This document shows, in pieces, positions 14,020 to 21,985 of a stretch of 26,835 nt of DNA. Location of the stretch: positions 1 through 26,835 of IMG/VR virus record IMGVR_UViG_3300005077_000096; one strand, given 5' to 3'. Made by a program: the position numbers and the translations under genes. Under the pieces are notes generated by a model. It had not been told where the DNA came from and ran no database searches. It was given only the letters and a program-made list of their open reading frames with translations. Every line of letters begins with the position of its first letter. Positions within the stretch are counted from its first letter, which is position 1. This DNA is from a virus. Its lineage: Duplodnaviria > Caudoviricetes.

Positions 14020-16993
14020 CTACCGTAGAGATGTCTTGCGTGATACGAAGTGCACTGACTCGCATGACTGGGGCCTTGGTGCCTGTGGTCATGTTCTTCT
14101 GAACAGTATCCACATTGTGTTGCGCTTTCATGCCTTTCATGAAGTCCGCGTATCCAAAACCATACTTGGCACAGAACGCACGCATGGCCGCAACCTCGAT
14201 GTAGAAGTCAATGTGCCCGGGGGTCTTGCCCTTTTCCACACGCCCTGCGATCTCAGTACGGGTCAGCGACTCATCCTTGCCGTCATCACGCTCAAGGCCA
14301 CCCAAGGAGAACTCGGGACGAATCTTGGAGATGGTGTAGTCAACGAAGAGTAGCTTGCCGTACTTCTCGCGGATGTAAGCGTTGAGGATGTCCTTGGCTG
14401 AGCGGCGACCCTTGCGTGTGTACTCACGCACGCGAAACACCATGCCTTTGTAGACCTCAAACAGATCGGACAGCGGCAGGTCAATCAAACCCGTGTGCTT
14501 ACTGCTCAACAAGATACCGGCCATCATACTAGCGGCAACGCCTGCCATCCAGAAACGCTCATCGTTGGACGCATCCAAATCTTTGTAGCATTTCTGAAGC
14601 ATCTTACGCGTACGAACAGCGATATCTGGACAGTGGTCGACCAAGTACTGAACGAAAACGGGAGCGGCTACTGCGCAGTTCTTCTCCAGTAACGCAAGCG
14701 TTTCCAGCTCGTCATCTGCCCAGACAACTTCCTGCTCCATGGACAGCTCCAGCACCCGGCGCAGTTCACCTTCAGAGGAGTGCGTACGCAAGCCAGTCAA
14801 GTAGTCAACCGCCTGTGTATTGGATGACACCATAGCAATTGAGTTCCAGTACGTGCTGTTGATACGCTCGCGGTTGGCACCGGACTCCATACGCTCCTTG
14901 CCCTTACCTTCAGAGACATCGAACAAGAAGCTAGGCAACCACTCCATGTCAGAGTCGCGGTTGTTCTGGGTAACCTCGTCCACAATCAACGGCTCGCTGT
15001 TGAGCAAACCAAGACGGTGTGTCATTGTCACGCCAGATGTCTGACGGCTAACCATGTAGGGCTTGCCGCGACCCCAAAACGCTGAACCAAGCAGCATGCC
15101 CAAGGACTTGCCAGTACCGGAACCAGTCGACGCATAGTGAAACGTAACGCCTGCCATGCCAGTAAAGCGCATGAGGGGAGCAGCGCAAGCCGTCAAAAAG
15201 ATAGACAAGATGTCGTAGCGTTTCTTTGCCACCATCATGCGCATAACTTTTTGCCAGTTCTCCAGCGAGCCAACAGGCGTAGTAGCCAAGTTCAAGTTGT
15301 CCAAGTCAGCCATGGGCACAACCATCTGAGGCTTACCCTTGACGAAAATCTTGCCAGCATGAACAAAGGAGTCGTCATCTTGCCAGCCGTAGTGTTCTGG
15401 AACGCGGGTCACGTGGTTACTGGTGCTGGCGTCATTCACACAAGCGCGGACATACTCGAACAAGTTCTTGTCGTTGCCTGAGCCAAAGAGCGCCACAACG
15501 TTTTGCATGGCCAGAGTCTTCACGGTCTCATCTTTGCTAACCACAGCTTTTTGCGGCAGCATGATTTCCTCCACGCCGTGGGGACGGCAGTAAGCCAGTT
15601 GAATCTGGTGTTCCTTCTGAGTGCGCAGGATGCGTACTACAAACAAGTCGTAAGGCAGTAGCGGGATTTCCTTGGTGACCTTCTCACCGTCAGCGTCTTC
15701 GTCTTTCTTCTGCATGTACACGCCGCCTTCACGTCCGTAGCTGTAACCCCTTGGAGGTGGTGGGCGCAGGATAGTGTGGGTAGGCAACGCAACAGTTACC
15801 GCAGTTTCTGGATCGACATCCTCAAAGTTAACGTCCTCGTCTACTTGTGGCTTCGCGGGAGTTAGCTCGATTACTTTCTCGGTGTTGTCGGTTGCGAGCT
15901 CACGCCCAAGCATCAACGGGTTAGTGATCTTTCCAAAGTGAGGGCAAGATGTGCAGACACCCGGGTTCTCACTATCCATCTTGATGCACGGATACGGGCC
16001 TTTGATCTCGTCCCACTTGGTGGCCATGCGGTCACGGTCGTATGGATGCAAGTCAGAGAACTCGATGGCCGATTCCCAACCGTCAGCTTCGCAACACTTC
16101 GCCCATGACAGTAGCCCACGCCAGATAGGTTCCAAGCCGTCACGCGAGGGGTTGTCCAGATACGCTTTGACTTGACCACAACCGTTGCCCTGCTCAGACT
16201 TGAGCCAAATCGTTTTGAACGACGTGACGTTGTTAGCCATGAGGCGCTTGCTAAGGTCGGTGGCTTGGCCCTTCGGACGCTTACCTTCGAGCGTAAGTGC
16301 TTTCTTCTCTTCATACGATGGCCCCACGAGTTTTTCACGCACCACCTTGGCAAAGTCCTCAAACTTGAAGATGTCGCCCGAGTACATGAACTTGGAGCGT
16401 GTTTCACCACGCACCTTTTTACCAGCCTTGATACCGTTGTTTCGCGAATCCAGTGCCCGCATGAGACGCGCTGTATCAGAAGGCACAGCGGTGTCGATGT
16501 TCATCCCAACCTGAATCAGCAGGGACTTGAAGTTCTCAGCAACAACCTTCCAACGCTCGGCTTCGATATCCTCAGTTAAGGGCCAGTAGACGTGCACACC
16601 TGAACCTGAAGACATGAACCATGGGCGCCCTAAAGCACCGAGCCCTGTGTCCTCAAGCATCTTGAGCGTGGCTTCATACGCGAGCTTTGCAGACGGATAG
16701 TCCTTGGGTTTGATCTCACCTTGCTCGTTGGGTATATCCAGCTTGTGGTTGCAATCTAAGTCCAAGAAAAACGACCGCAGATACGTCGCGTCATCGGCAC
16801 TACGCTTCTCTTTGAATGTGGCCATGCCCACGTATGTGTCATAGCCCTTCTGCGTAAACTCCGCTAATTTCTGTCCAAACTCCTCGAAACTGTCAGTGCA
16901 GTAGTGTTCTTTTTTCTTTGATAGCTCAGCCGCGCAGTATTTGCCTTTACCTGCAGACGGCAGAACCACCGCTAGGAAATCAAGCGGTTGCAT
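13991..16993 (-). CDS. Primase-helicase fusion, 1000 aa: AEP (RepB-like) primase + Cys cluster + DUF927 + AAA+ (Cch/MCM-like) ATPase
   Basis: AEP motifs RSFFLDLD, SSGSGVHVYWPL and DTARLMR. Cys cluster CGQ...PYPC...CTSCPH. DUF927-like HYGWQDDDSFVH. Walker A GSGTGKS, Walker B PLIVDEVT, and GELRRVLEL arginine-finger-like motif. Confidence 0.85.
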   Translation of the reverse strand: MQPLDFLAVVLPSAGKGKYCAAELSKKKEHYCTDSFEEFGQKLAEFTQKGYDTYVGMATFKEKRSADDATYLRSFFLDLDCNHKLDIPNEQGEIKPKDYPSAKLAYEATLKMLEDTGLGALGRPWFMSSGSGVHVYWPLTEDIEAERWKVVAENFKSLLIQVGMNIDTAVPSDTARLMRALDSRNNGIKAGKKVRGETRSKFMYSGDIFKFEDFAKVVREKLVGPSYEEKKALTLEGKRPKGQATDLSKRLMANNVTSFKTIWLKSEQGNGCGQVKAYLDNPSRDGLEPIWRGLLSWAKCCEADGWESAIEFSDLHPYDRDRMATKWDEIKGPYPCIKMDSENPGVCTSCPHFGKITNPLMLGRELATDNTEKVIELTPAKPQVDEDVNFEDVDPETAVTVALPTHTILRPPPPRGYSYGREGGVYMQKKDEDADGEKVTKEIPLLPYDLFVVRILRTQKEHQIQLAYCRPHGVEEIMLPQKAVVSKDETVKTLAMQNVVALFGSGNDKNLFEYVRACVNDASTSNHVTRVPEHYGWQDDDSFVHAGKIFVKGKPQMVVPMADLDNLNLATTPVGSLENWQKVMRMMVAKKRYDILSIFLTACAAPLMRFTGMAGVTFHYASTGSGTGKSLGMLLGSAFWGRGKPYMVSRQTSGVTMTHRLGLLNSEPLIVDEVTQNNRDSDMEWLPSFLFDVSEGKGKERMESGANRERINSTYWNSIAMVSSNTQAVDYLTGLRTHSSEGELRRVLELSMEQEVVWADDELETLALLEKNCAVAAPVFVQYLVDHCPDIAVRTRKMLQKCYKDLDASNDERFWMAGVAASMMAGILLSSKHTGLIDLPLSDLFEVYKGMVFRVREYTRKGRRSAKDILNAYIREKYGKLLFVDYTISKIRPEFSLGGLERDDGKDESLTRTEIAGRVEKGKTPGHIDFYIEVAAMRAFCAKYGFGYADFMKGMKAQHNVDTVQKNMTTGTKAPVMRVSALRITQDISTVDEELSMGED

Positions 16994-17007
16994 AGTGGTT
17001 CCAAGTC

Positions 17008-17154
17008 TTACAGGGGTTTACGGTCTTCGGCTTCCTCGAGTTTTTTGGTAAGAGCTCGTACCCACGCTAGCAAGTTGGCGTCTTTGGCTTCCAACAAGTA
17101 CGCATAGCGCAACAGTTCTTTGGTGGTCAGATTCTCAGGTCGTACGCTTGACAT
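17008..17154 (-). CDS. Small hypothetical protein, 48 aa (missed by ORF track)
   Basis: Manual translation: MSSVRPENLTTKELLRYAYLLEAKDANLLAWVRALTKKLEEAEDRKPL*. GGAG RBS just upstream (GGAGAAAAATATG). Fills the gap between the HTH and primase genes. Confidence 0.75.
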   Translation of the reverse strand: MSSVRPENLTTKELLRYAYLLEAKDANLLAWVRALTKKLEEAEDRKPL

Positions 17155-17405
17155 ATTTTTCTCCATGCGTCTTCTGCTGTCGAAGACGTTTCCATAATTT
17201 TGATGAGGGTGGTGACGCGTGGTTGATATGCGATGAAAACTTCGCCGCCTTCAAACCAGTTGTACACCGTCTGACGTGTAACGCCCAACACTTTGGCTAG
17301 CTTAGTAACCGGCAGGTTCAAATGCACTGCCCATCTACCGAGCCTATTGCCTAGCGTTTTTGGTGCGCTATACACAATGTCTTTGGTTTGTTGTGAATAT
17401 CCCAT
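17127..17405 (-). CDS. XRE/Cro-like helix-turn-helix protein, 92 aa
   Basis: LPVTKLAKVLGVTRQTVYNWFEGG is a classical HTH signature. Confidence 0.85.
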   Translation of the reverse strand: MGYSQQTKDIVYSAPKTLGNRLGRWAVHLNLPVTKLAKVLGVTRQTVYNWFEGGEVFIAYQPRVTTLIKIMETSSTAEDAWRKICQAYDLRI

Positions 17406-17413
17406 GGCATGTC

Positions 17414-17432
17414 GGGGCGGCGTTGCCGCCCC
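17414..17432 (-). promoter_or_regulatory. 8-bp all-GC hairpin between the SSB-like gene and the HTH gene
   Basis: Minus strand reads GGGGCGGC-AAC-GCCGCCCC. No U-tract, so it is not a canonical intrinsic terminator. Confidence 0.6.
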
Positions 17433-17440
17433 TTAACTCC

Positions 17441-18361
17441 TTAATCGTCCCACTCGTCAGCCAGAGCTGCCAAGTCTTTCTTGTCAGGAACGGCATTGGT
17501 TTTTGCCGCGGGCTTACGCACTTCAGGCTCAGCAACTTCTTCTGCGGGGCTAGCCACCTCTTCAACCACTGCTTTAGCAGGTGCTTTCTTTGCAGCTACT
17601 GGAGGCTTGCCTTCCAACACAGGCGCTTTAGCTACGTTGTCTACTTTAGCCACGGTCATGGTGATTGCTTCAATCGCGTCAGCGGTTTTGCCTTGCTCTT
17701 GCACTTTGGCGTACTGCTCATCGGTGAGCCACTTCTTGGGTGCAAAAAACAGCTTGGGGCTTTCCGACTTAGTATCGAAACGCAACTCGGTAACGACCAT
17801 GTCAGGGCTGATACTTTGTGCGGCGAGGTAACGGGCGTAGGCTTGCAGGGGGCGCTTACCGTCGAGCTCTTTACCGAACACAGAAGTAGCGGGGAGGGTC
17901 AACTGAAGCACATCGCCTTCGATGTCATTGGCCAGCACCACAGCGATACGTTGTTGATAGCGACATGCGCGGCTATTACCTTGACCAGAACCGGCCACGT
18001 TCATGGGGCAGTCTGCGCAGTTGCTGTGCTGTTTGTTCTCGGCGTCAGCGGCGGGCTTCTCACCATCGGGCGACCAGCAGTCGGGGCCAGCAGGATTCTC
18101 GGGGTCCCACTTCTTCAAGTACAACACGCGACCAACCTTGGGTGCGGCGTTCACAATCACCACGTCGAGGTGGCGCTCGTCGATACTGCCGATCTCTTTG
18201 CCGCCAGAAATCAGACGGAACACACCGCCCTTGATGGACAGACGCTTCACGTGGTTGGCGCCAGCACCACCAGTCAGGGCTTTGGCAACATCCGACAAGC
18301 CTTCACGGCTCTTGGCAAACGCAGGTAACTGCGCGGGGTTGAACAATGCAACATCACTCAT
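17441..18361 (-). CDS. Putative single-stranded DNA-binding protein with Cys (Zn) cluster, 306 aa
   Basis: GGAG RBS. PDCWSPDG...CADCPMNVAGSG..RACR Cys cluster, Ala/Pro/Lys-rich linker and acidic-aromatic tail LADEWDD typical of phage SSBs. Located in the replication module. Confidence 0.65.
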   Translation of the reverse strand: MSDVALFNPAQLPAFAKSREGLSDVAKALTGGAGANHVKRLSIKGGVFRLISGGKEIGSIDERHLDVVIVNAAPKVGRVLYLKKWDPENPAGPDCWSPDGEKPAADAENKQHSNCADCPMNVAGSGQGNSRACRYQQRIAVVLANDIEGDVLQLTLPATSVFGKELDGKRPLQAYARYLAAQSISPDMVVTELRFDTKSESPKLFFAPKKWLTDEQYAKVQEQGKTADAIEAITMTVAKVDNVAKAPVLEGKPPVAAKKAPAKAVVEEVASPAEEVAEPEVRKPAAKTNAVPDKKDLAALADEWDD

Positions 18362-18375
18362 TTCACTTCTCCAGA

Positions 18376-18822
18376 TTAAGAGGGTTTACGTACAGAAATA
18401 TCGTATTCACTGTCGGTGTTAAGGCCGGGTGGTACGAGGGTGGGGTTCTCTTCCAAGAACTTGGCCATGTTGGTTTGGTGGATTCGGCGCTCAAAGAGAT
18501 CCACTACATCGTGCTCGACTACGAAACGCTTGAACGAATCCCAGTCTTGCGTGTAGTAGCGTGTCTTCTTGCCCAGAATCACCGTGCCACTTGGCGTGTT
18601 GATTGACTTTGAGCCAAGGCTCATCATGATGTCCTTGATTGCGGACTTGACAGCGTCTTGCTGTACCTTGATGGCTTCGGTTTGAGCCGTGTACTCACGG
18701 TCAATTTCTTGAAGTTTGTCGCGCATCTTGCGATAGATACGGATGAGCTTTTCAAGAGGGACGTCCTGTTTTTGAGGGACGTTGTCCGTTGCGTCGTCGA
18801 CGCTTGTGTCTTCGTTTTCCAT
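18376..18822 (-). CDS. Conserved phage replication-module protein, 148 aa (coiled coil + small beta domain; Gam/Gp157-like architecture)
   Basis: N-terminal coiled coil, then KSINTPSGTV...DWDSFKRFV..LFERRI..VPPGLN. AGGA RBS. Exact function not established. Confidence 0.55.
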   Translation of the reverse strand: MENEDTSVDDATDNVPQKQDVPLEKLIRIYRKMRDKLQEIDREYTAQTEAIKVQQDAVKSAIKDIMMSLGSKSINTPSGTVILGKKTRYYTQDWDSFKRFVVEHDVVDLFERRIHQTNMAKFLEENPTLVPPGLNTDSEYDISVRKPS

Positions 18823-18842
18823 GCTTTGCTTCCTATGTTTTC

Positions 18843-18858
18843 TGTCTAGTGTTTGACA
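18843..18858. promoter_or_regulatory. Palindromic operator-like site TGTCnA-N4-TnGACA overlapping the predicted transcription start
   Basis: TGTCTAGTGTTTGACA has dyad symmetry at 10 of 16 positions and abuts the -10 hexamer. Confidence 0.5.
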
Positions 18859-18886
18859 AGTATAACGACTTTTTTATTGAGTGCAA
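18859..18886 (-). promoter_or_regulatory. Sigma70-type promoter for the Gam-like/SSB/HTH/primase genes
   Basis: Minus strand TTGCAC (18886-18881), 16-nt A-rich spacer, TATACT (18864-18859), in an AT-rich intergenic gap. Confidence 0.7.
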
Positions 18887-18895
18887 CACCTCCTT

Positions 18896-20455
18896 TCAAC
18901 TTTTTATTTCAGTCTCAAACATTTTTGTCAGTAGGTGATTGTCGTTAACCCTACCTGACAGTGCCGCGAACATGCGCTTCTCCATGGGTGACCCCTGAAT
19001 GTGGTGAACTGTCACCTTGTCAGAGTCTTGACCCTTACGGTCAGCTCGTGCTACGCACTGTATGTACTGCTCAACGCTCATCAAGGGGCCATAGAACACA
19101 ACCGTGTCCGCCGCAGTCAACGTGATACCGTGCGCTGTGGCTTGGGGTTGCATCACAAGTACCCGTGGATCCGCCGCCGTTTGAAAGCGTTTGATGATGT
19201 CGCCCCGCTTGGCGGCGTTAACGTCACCATGAATCTCCTCCACGGCATAACCGTGCTTCTTGAGGTGGGTGCTAATTGCGTCAATGACTGAACGGAACAT
19301 CGCGAAGATCAGAACCTTGCGGTCTGTCTCTTCCAGAATCTCTTCGAGAACTTTCAAGCGGTTGCTTGCGTCGAACTCCACAACTTCCTTGTCGTCCGTG
19401 TAAGCCGCACCACACGAGATCTGCAACAACTTGTTGACCGCCGCAGCTGCATTGACTGCCGTGATCTGTTCGCCAGCAGCGTGCACCAGCATCTGGTCTT
19501 TGAGCATGTTGTAGTACTTCTTCTGTTGAGGGGTAAGCTCAACTTCACGGGTCATGGTGATGACTGGCGGCAAGTCCAAACACTGCGCCTTGGTGTAGCG
19601 TATGGATGGTTGGAGGGCTTGGTGTACCTCGTCCTTGGCCGTGTGCTTGGGCGCCCACTTAAACTGTGTGATCTTGTTCATCACCTTGTCGCGCCATGCA
19701 GTATAGAAACGGGGCACGCCGCTTGGGTTAACCAGCTTTGCCAAGCCATACGCATCTAGCGGAGACTGTGAAGCAGGCGTACCTGTCATCATCCACAGAT
19801 ACGTGTCAGCGTTGATGATCTTGTTGAGGGCTTTCCAGCGGTTTGTCGAGACGTTCTTGTAGGCTTGCGCCTCGTCAGCGATAACCAAATCGAAACGCCC
19901 ATCGGCACGGATCTCGTCAGCGATCAGGTTCAAGCCTTCGTAGTTGGTAATGACGATCTCGTAATCTCCCTGCACCATCTCAATACGACGAGCAGCTTGC
20001 GCATGGTGGGCAACAATCGCGGTGCGGTGGATGATGCTACTGCTAATGTCCCCCATCCATGCTGAGTACATGATTGAGAGCGGACACAGTATGAGGACGC
20101 GACGCACTTCACCGATACTCATGAGATAGTCAGCTGCCCACAACGCAGAAAGCGTCTTGCCTGTGCCGGGCTCGCTGAACACAAACGCCTTGCGGTGCAT
20201 GGTCAGAAACGCAGCTGTATCTCGCTGGTGTTGCATAGGCATAAACCTGCCGGGCCAGTTGTAGCGTCCCATGATGGGGGATGGGACGTTGCGTACACCT
20301 AGATTGCGAAGCACCCGCGCTTCGTGCAGGCCCCACTTCACAAGTATCTGGTAGGTGTCATCCTCTTGCGCTACGACTTTGCTCTTGGGTATGGCGCTGT
20401 ACTTAAGCGGCGCCTTTGTTTTTATGAGCAGTGCTTTGTTCTCGATGATTTCCAT
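18896..20455 (-). CDS. SNF2-family (SF2) helicase, 519 aa
   Basis: Q motif PMQHQ, Walker A EPGTGKT, ILCPLS, IADEAQ, MMTGTP, HGITLTAADTVVF and motif VI QCVARADRKGQ. Confidence 0.92.
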   Translation of the reverse strand: MEIIENKALLIKTKAPLKYSAIPKSKVVAQEDDTYQILVKWGLHEARVLRNLGVRNVPSPIMGRYNWPGRFMPMQHQRDTAAFLTMHRKAFVFSEPGTGKTLSALWAADYLMSIGEVRRVLILCPLSIMYSAWMGDISSSIIHRTAIVAHHAQAARRIEMVQGDYEIVITNYEGLNLIADEIRADGRFDLVIADEAQAYKNVSTNRWKALNKIINADTYLWMMTGTPASQSPLDAYGLAKLVNPSGVPRFYTAWRDKVMNKITQFKWAPKHTAKDEVHQALQPSIRYTKAQCLDLPPVITMTREVELTPQQKKYYNMLKDQMLVHAAGEQITAVNAAAAVNKLLQISCGAAYTDDKEVVEFDASNRLKVLEEILEETDRKVLIFAMFRSVIDAISTHLKKHGYAVEEIHGDVNAAKRGDIIKRFQTAADPRVLVMQPQATAHGITLTAADTVVFYGPLMSVEQYIQCVARADRKGQDSDKVTVHHIQGSPMEKRMFAALSGRVNDNHLLTKMFETEIKS

Positions 20456-20462
20456 GATGGAC

Positions 20463-20702
20463 TCACTTGCCGTTATCGCGCACGTTGGCTTTGGGGCTAC
20501 GAAGTCTCAAGTTACCTTTGGTGCTCTTACCACCTGCGCGAATAGGCTTCTTGTGGTCAATGTGCTTACCGTCACGCTCAATGCCTTCTTTATCGTAGGC
20601 GCGTCGAGCGCGTTGGCGTTCCAGTTGGTCTTCGGTTTCACCGCTTGCCTTCTGAAGTTTGTATGCGTGTTTGTAGTCACGCTTGCCATTTGTCTGTGTC
20701 AT
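20463..20702 (-). CDS. Small HNH-motif protein, 79 aa
   Basis: HIDHKKPIRAGGKSTKGNLRLRSPKAN is an H-N-N type beta-beta-alpha-Me motif. GGAG RBS. Confidence 0.75.
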   Translation of the reverse strand: MTQTNGKRDYKHAYKLQKASGETEDQLERQRARRAYDKEGIERDGKHIDHKKPIRAGGKSTKGNLRLRSPKANVRDNGK

Positions 20703-20732
20703 GCTTTTCTCCGATTGCGGTTAAGAGCTTCC

Positions 20733-20987
20733 TTAGTTGGGTTGGTTGTTTCTAAGCGCATCAAACTGCGCGACTATTTCTGGTGCAATCCTGCGTGCGA
20801 CGGTTTCAGCATTTAAGCTTTTAACCTGAGCATCGCGAGTTCCCTGTAGGGTCAATTCGATGGGCACATCAAGTGGCAGCTTTTTGCGTTGTGCACGAAG
20901 CTTCGCAATTGCCTCGGCTTCGCTATCTGCGTCAACGTATCCCATGTCAAACATGCCTTCGGTATAAATGTTGTACATATACTGCAT
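20733..20987 (-). CDS. Hypothetical protein, 84 aa
   Basis: Start re-assigned to ATG 20987 (MQYMYNIYTEG...), 1 nt after the nuclease stop, with GAGAG upstream. Confidence 0.6.
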   Translation of the reverse strand: MQYMYNIYTEGMFDMGYVDADSEAEAIAKLRAQRKKLPLDVPIELTLQGTRDAQVKSLNAETVARRIAPEIVAQFDALRNNQPN

Positions 20988-20988
20988 A

Positions 20989-21657
20989 TCAATCTCTCTT
21001 TTTGTTGAACTCACACGTCTTAACGACGCACCAGCCGCATAAGGGTGTGGGTTTTGGATTCCAAACGCCGTGCTCAAGCGCGGCTTCGATAAATGCTACT
21101 CGCTCTCTGTAACTCTGCCAACCAGTGTCAAACTGTTCGACCAACATATTGTCTTTGACCATGTCGTTCTTCACAAGAAACAAAAGGGCCGAGTTAACTT
21201 TGCGAATGTGCGGGAAGTGTGCAAACACCATGAGGGCCATGAGCTTGAGCTGGTCTAAATCAGGGTACTTGTTGTTACCCGTCTTGTAATCCGCCACCCA
21301 TGCGGTGAGCCCATCGTCATCAATAATCAACAAGTCAGCGATGCCACGAACCCAGACGTCTTTTGCGAACCAATCGCAGGGCTTGAGCTCATGTGTGAGC
21401 GCCATCTTGTATTCGGGCAGTTTCCTGCCCTGCTTCTTGAGGAGTGAGTCCACCACAGGTTTGAACTGTGCGTAGGCTTCAGGTATTGGCGTACCATCTT
21501 TTACGTACAGCTCAAGGGCCTTGTGTACCTCGTTGCCGTACCTTGTGGCTTCAGTCTCTTGGAAGGGGTACTTCTTCAAGACCTTGACCTCGTGATAGCG
21601 GCGAGGGCAGCCCTCATAATCTTTGAGGGAGGAATGAGACCAGACAACTTGCGGCAT
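20989..21657 (-). CDS. PD-(D/E)xK exonuclease, Cas4/RecB/AddB-like with 4-Cys cluster, 222 aa
   Basis: WSHSSLKDYEGCPRRY, GNEVH, RGIADLLII, VADYKTG, QLKLMAL and C-terminal CGWCVVKTC (1+3 Cys arrangement of Fe-S staple nucleases). Confidence 0.88.
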   Translation of the reverse strand: MPQVVWSHSSLKDYEGCPRRYHEVKVLKKYPFQETEATRYGNEVHKALELYVKDGTPIPEAYAQFKPVVDSLLKKQGRKLPEYKMALTHELKPCDWFAKDVWVRGIADLLIIDDDGLTAWVADYKTGNNKYPDLDQLKLMALMVFAHFPHIRKVNSALLFLVKNDMVKDNMLVEQFDTGWQSYRERVAFIEAALEHGVWNPKPTPLCGWCVVKTCEFNKKRD

Positions 21658-21965
21658 TAAAACCTCGCAGTGCGAATCGCACGGGTTAAGTAGTTGGAGA
21701 AGTGCGAAACAAAACGCTCGTCTCGGTACAGCTTGTGTCCCATCTCGTGCAAGATGGCGTGTACAACCTCATGCCAGAACGTGTCTTGTGTCTGTGCTGG
21801 GCCGAACTTACGGCCTGTGCGACTACTGTGCGTGGCCACTTCGATCTCGTGTGTATCGTAGCGAACCTCACCCATACAGCCGTATCGGTACAACACCCGT
21901 GGTTGCGCAACTGTGTAGCGGTTTTTGCCGATACGTAGATGTCTCGGGAGTACTGGATCTTTCAT
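21657..21965 (-). CDS. Small HExxH zincin-like metalloprotein, ~102 aa
   Basis: DTFWHEVVHAILHEMG..DERFV motif. Start re-assigned to ATG 21965 preceded by AAGGAAAGCAAAGC. Stop overlaps the next start (TAATG). Confidence 0.7.
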   Translation of the reverse strand: MKDPVLPRHLRIGKNRYTVAQPRVLYRYGCMGEVRYDTHEIEVATHSSRTGRKFGPAQTQDTFWHEVVHAILHEMGHKLYRDERFVSHFSNYLTRAIRTARF

Positions 21966-21985
21966 GCTTTGCTTTCCTTTCACTT

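Noticed and set aside
17360-18328. 322-aa ORF on the + strand
   Set aside because: Antisense shadow of the SSB-like gene; no RBS or recognisable motifs.
18853-18881. Perfect TTGACA on the + strand as a divergent promoter
   Set aside because: No -10 hexamer at 16-18 nt and it points antisense into the helicase. Better explained as half of the palindrome.
20463-20702. HNH gene as a homing endonuclease/intron marker
   Set aside because: Only 79 aa, free-standing, flanking genes uninterrupted; no intron or intein signatures in polA, helicase or primase.
20989-21657. Cas4-like gene as sign of a CRISPR-Cas system
   Set aside because: No repeat-spacer array or other cas genes. Solo Cas4/RecB-like nucleases are normal in PolA-SNF2-VRR-NUC phage modules.
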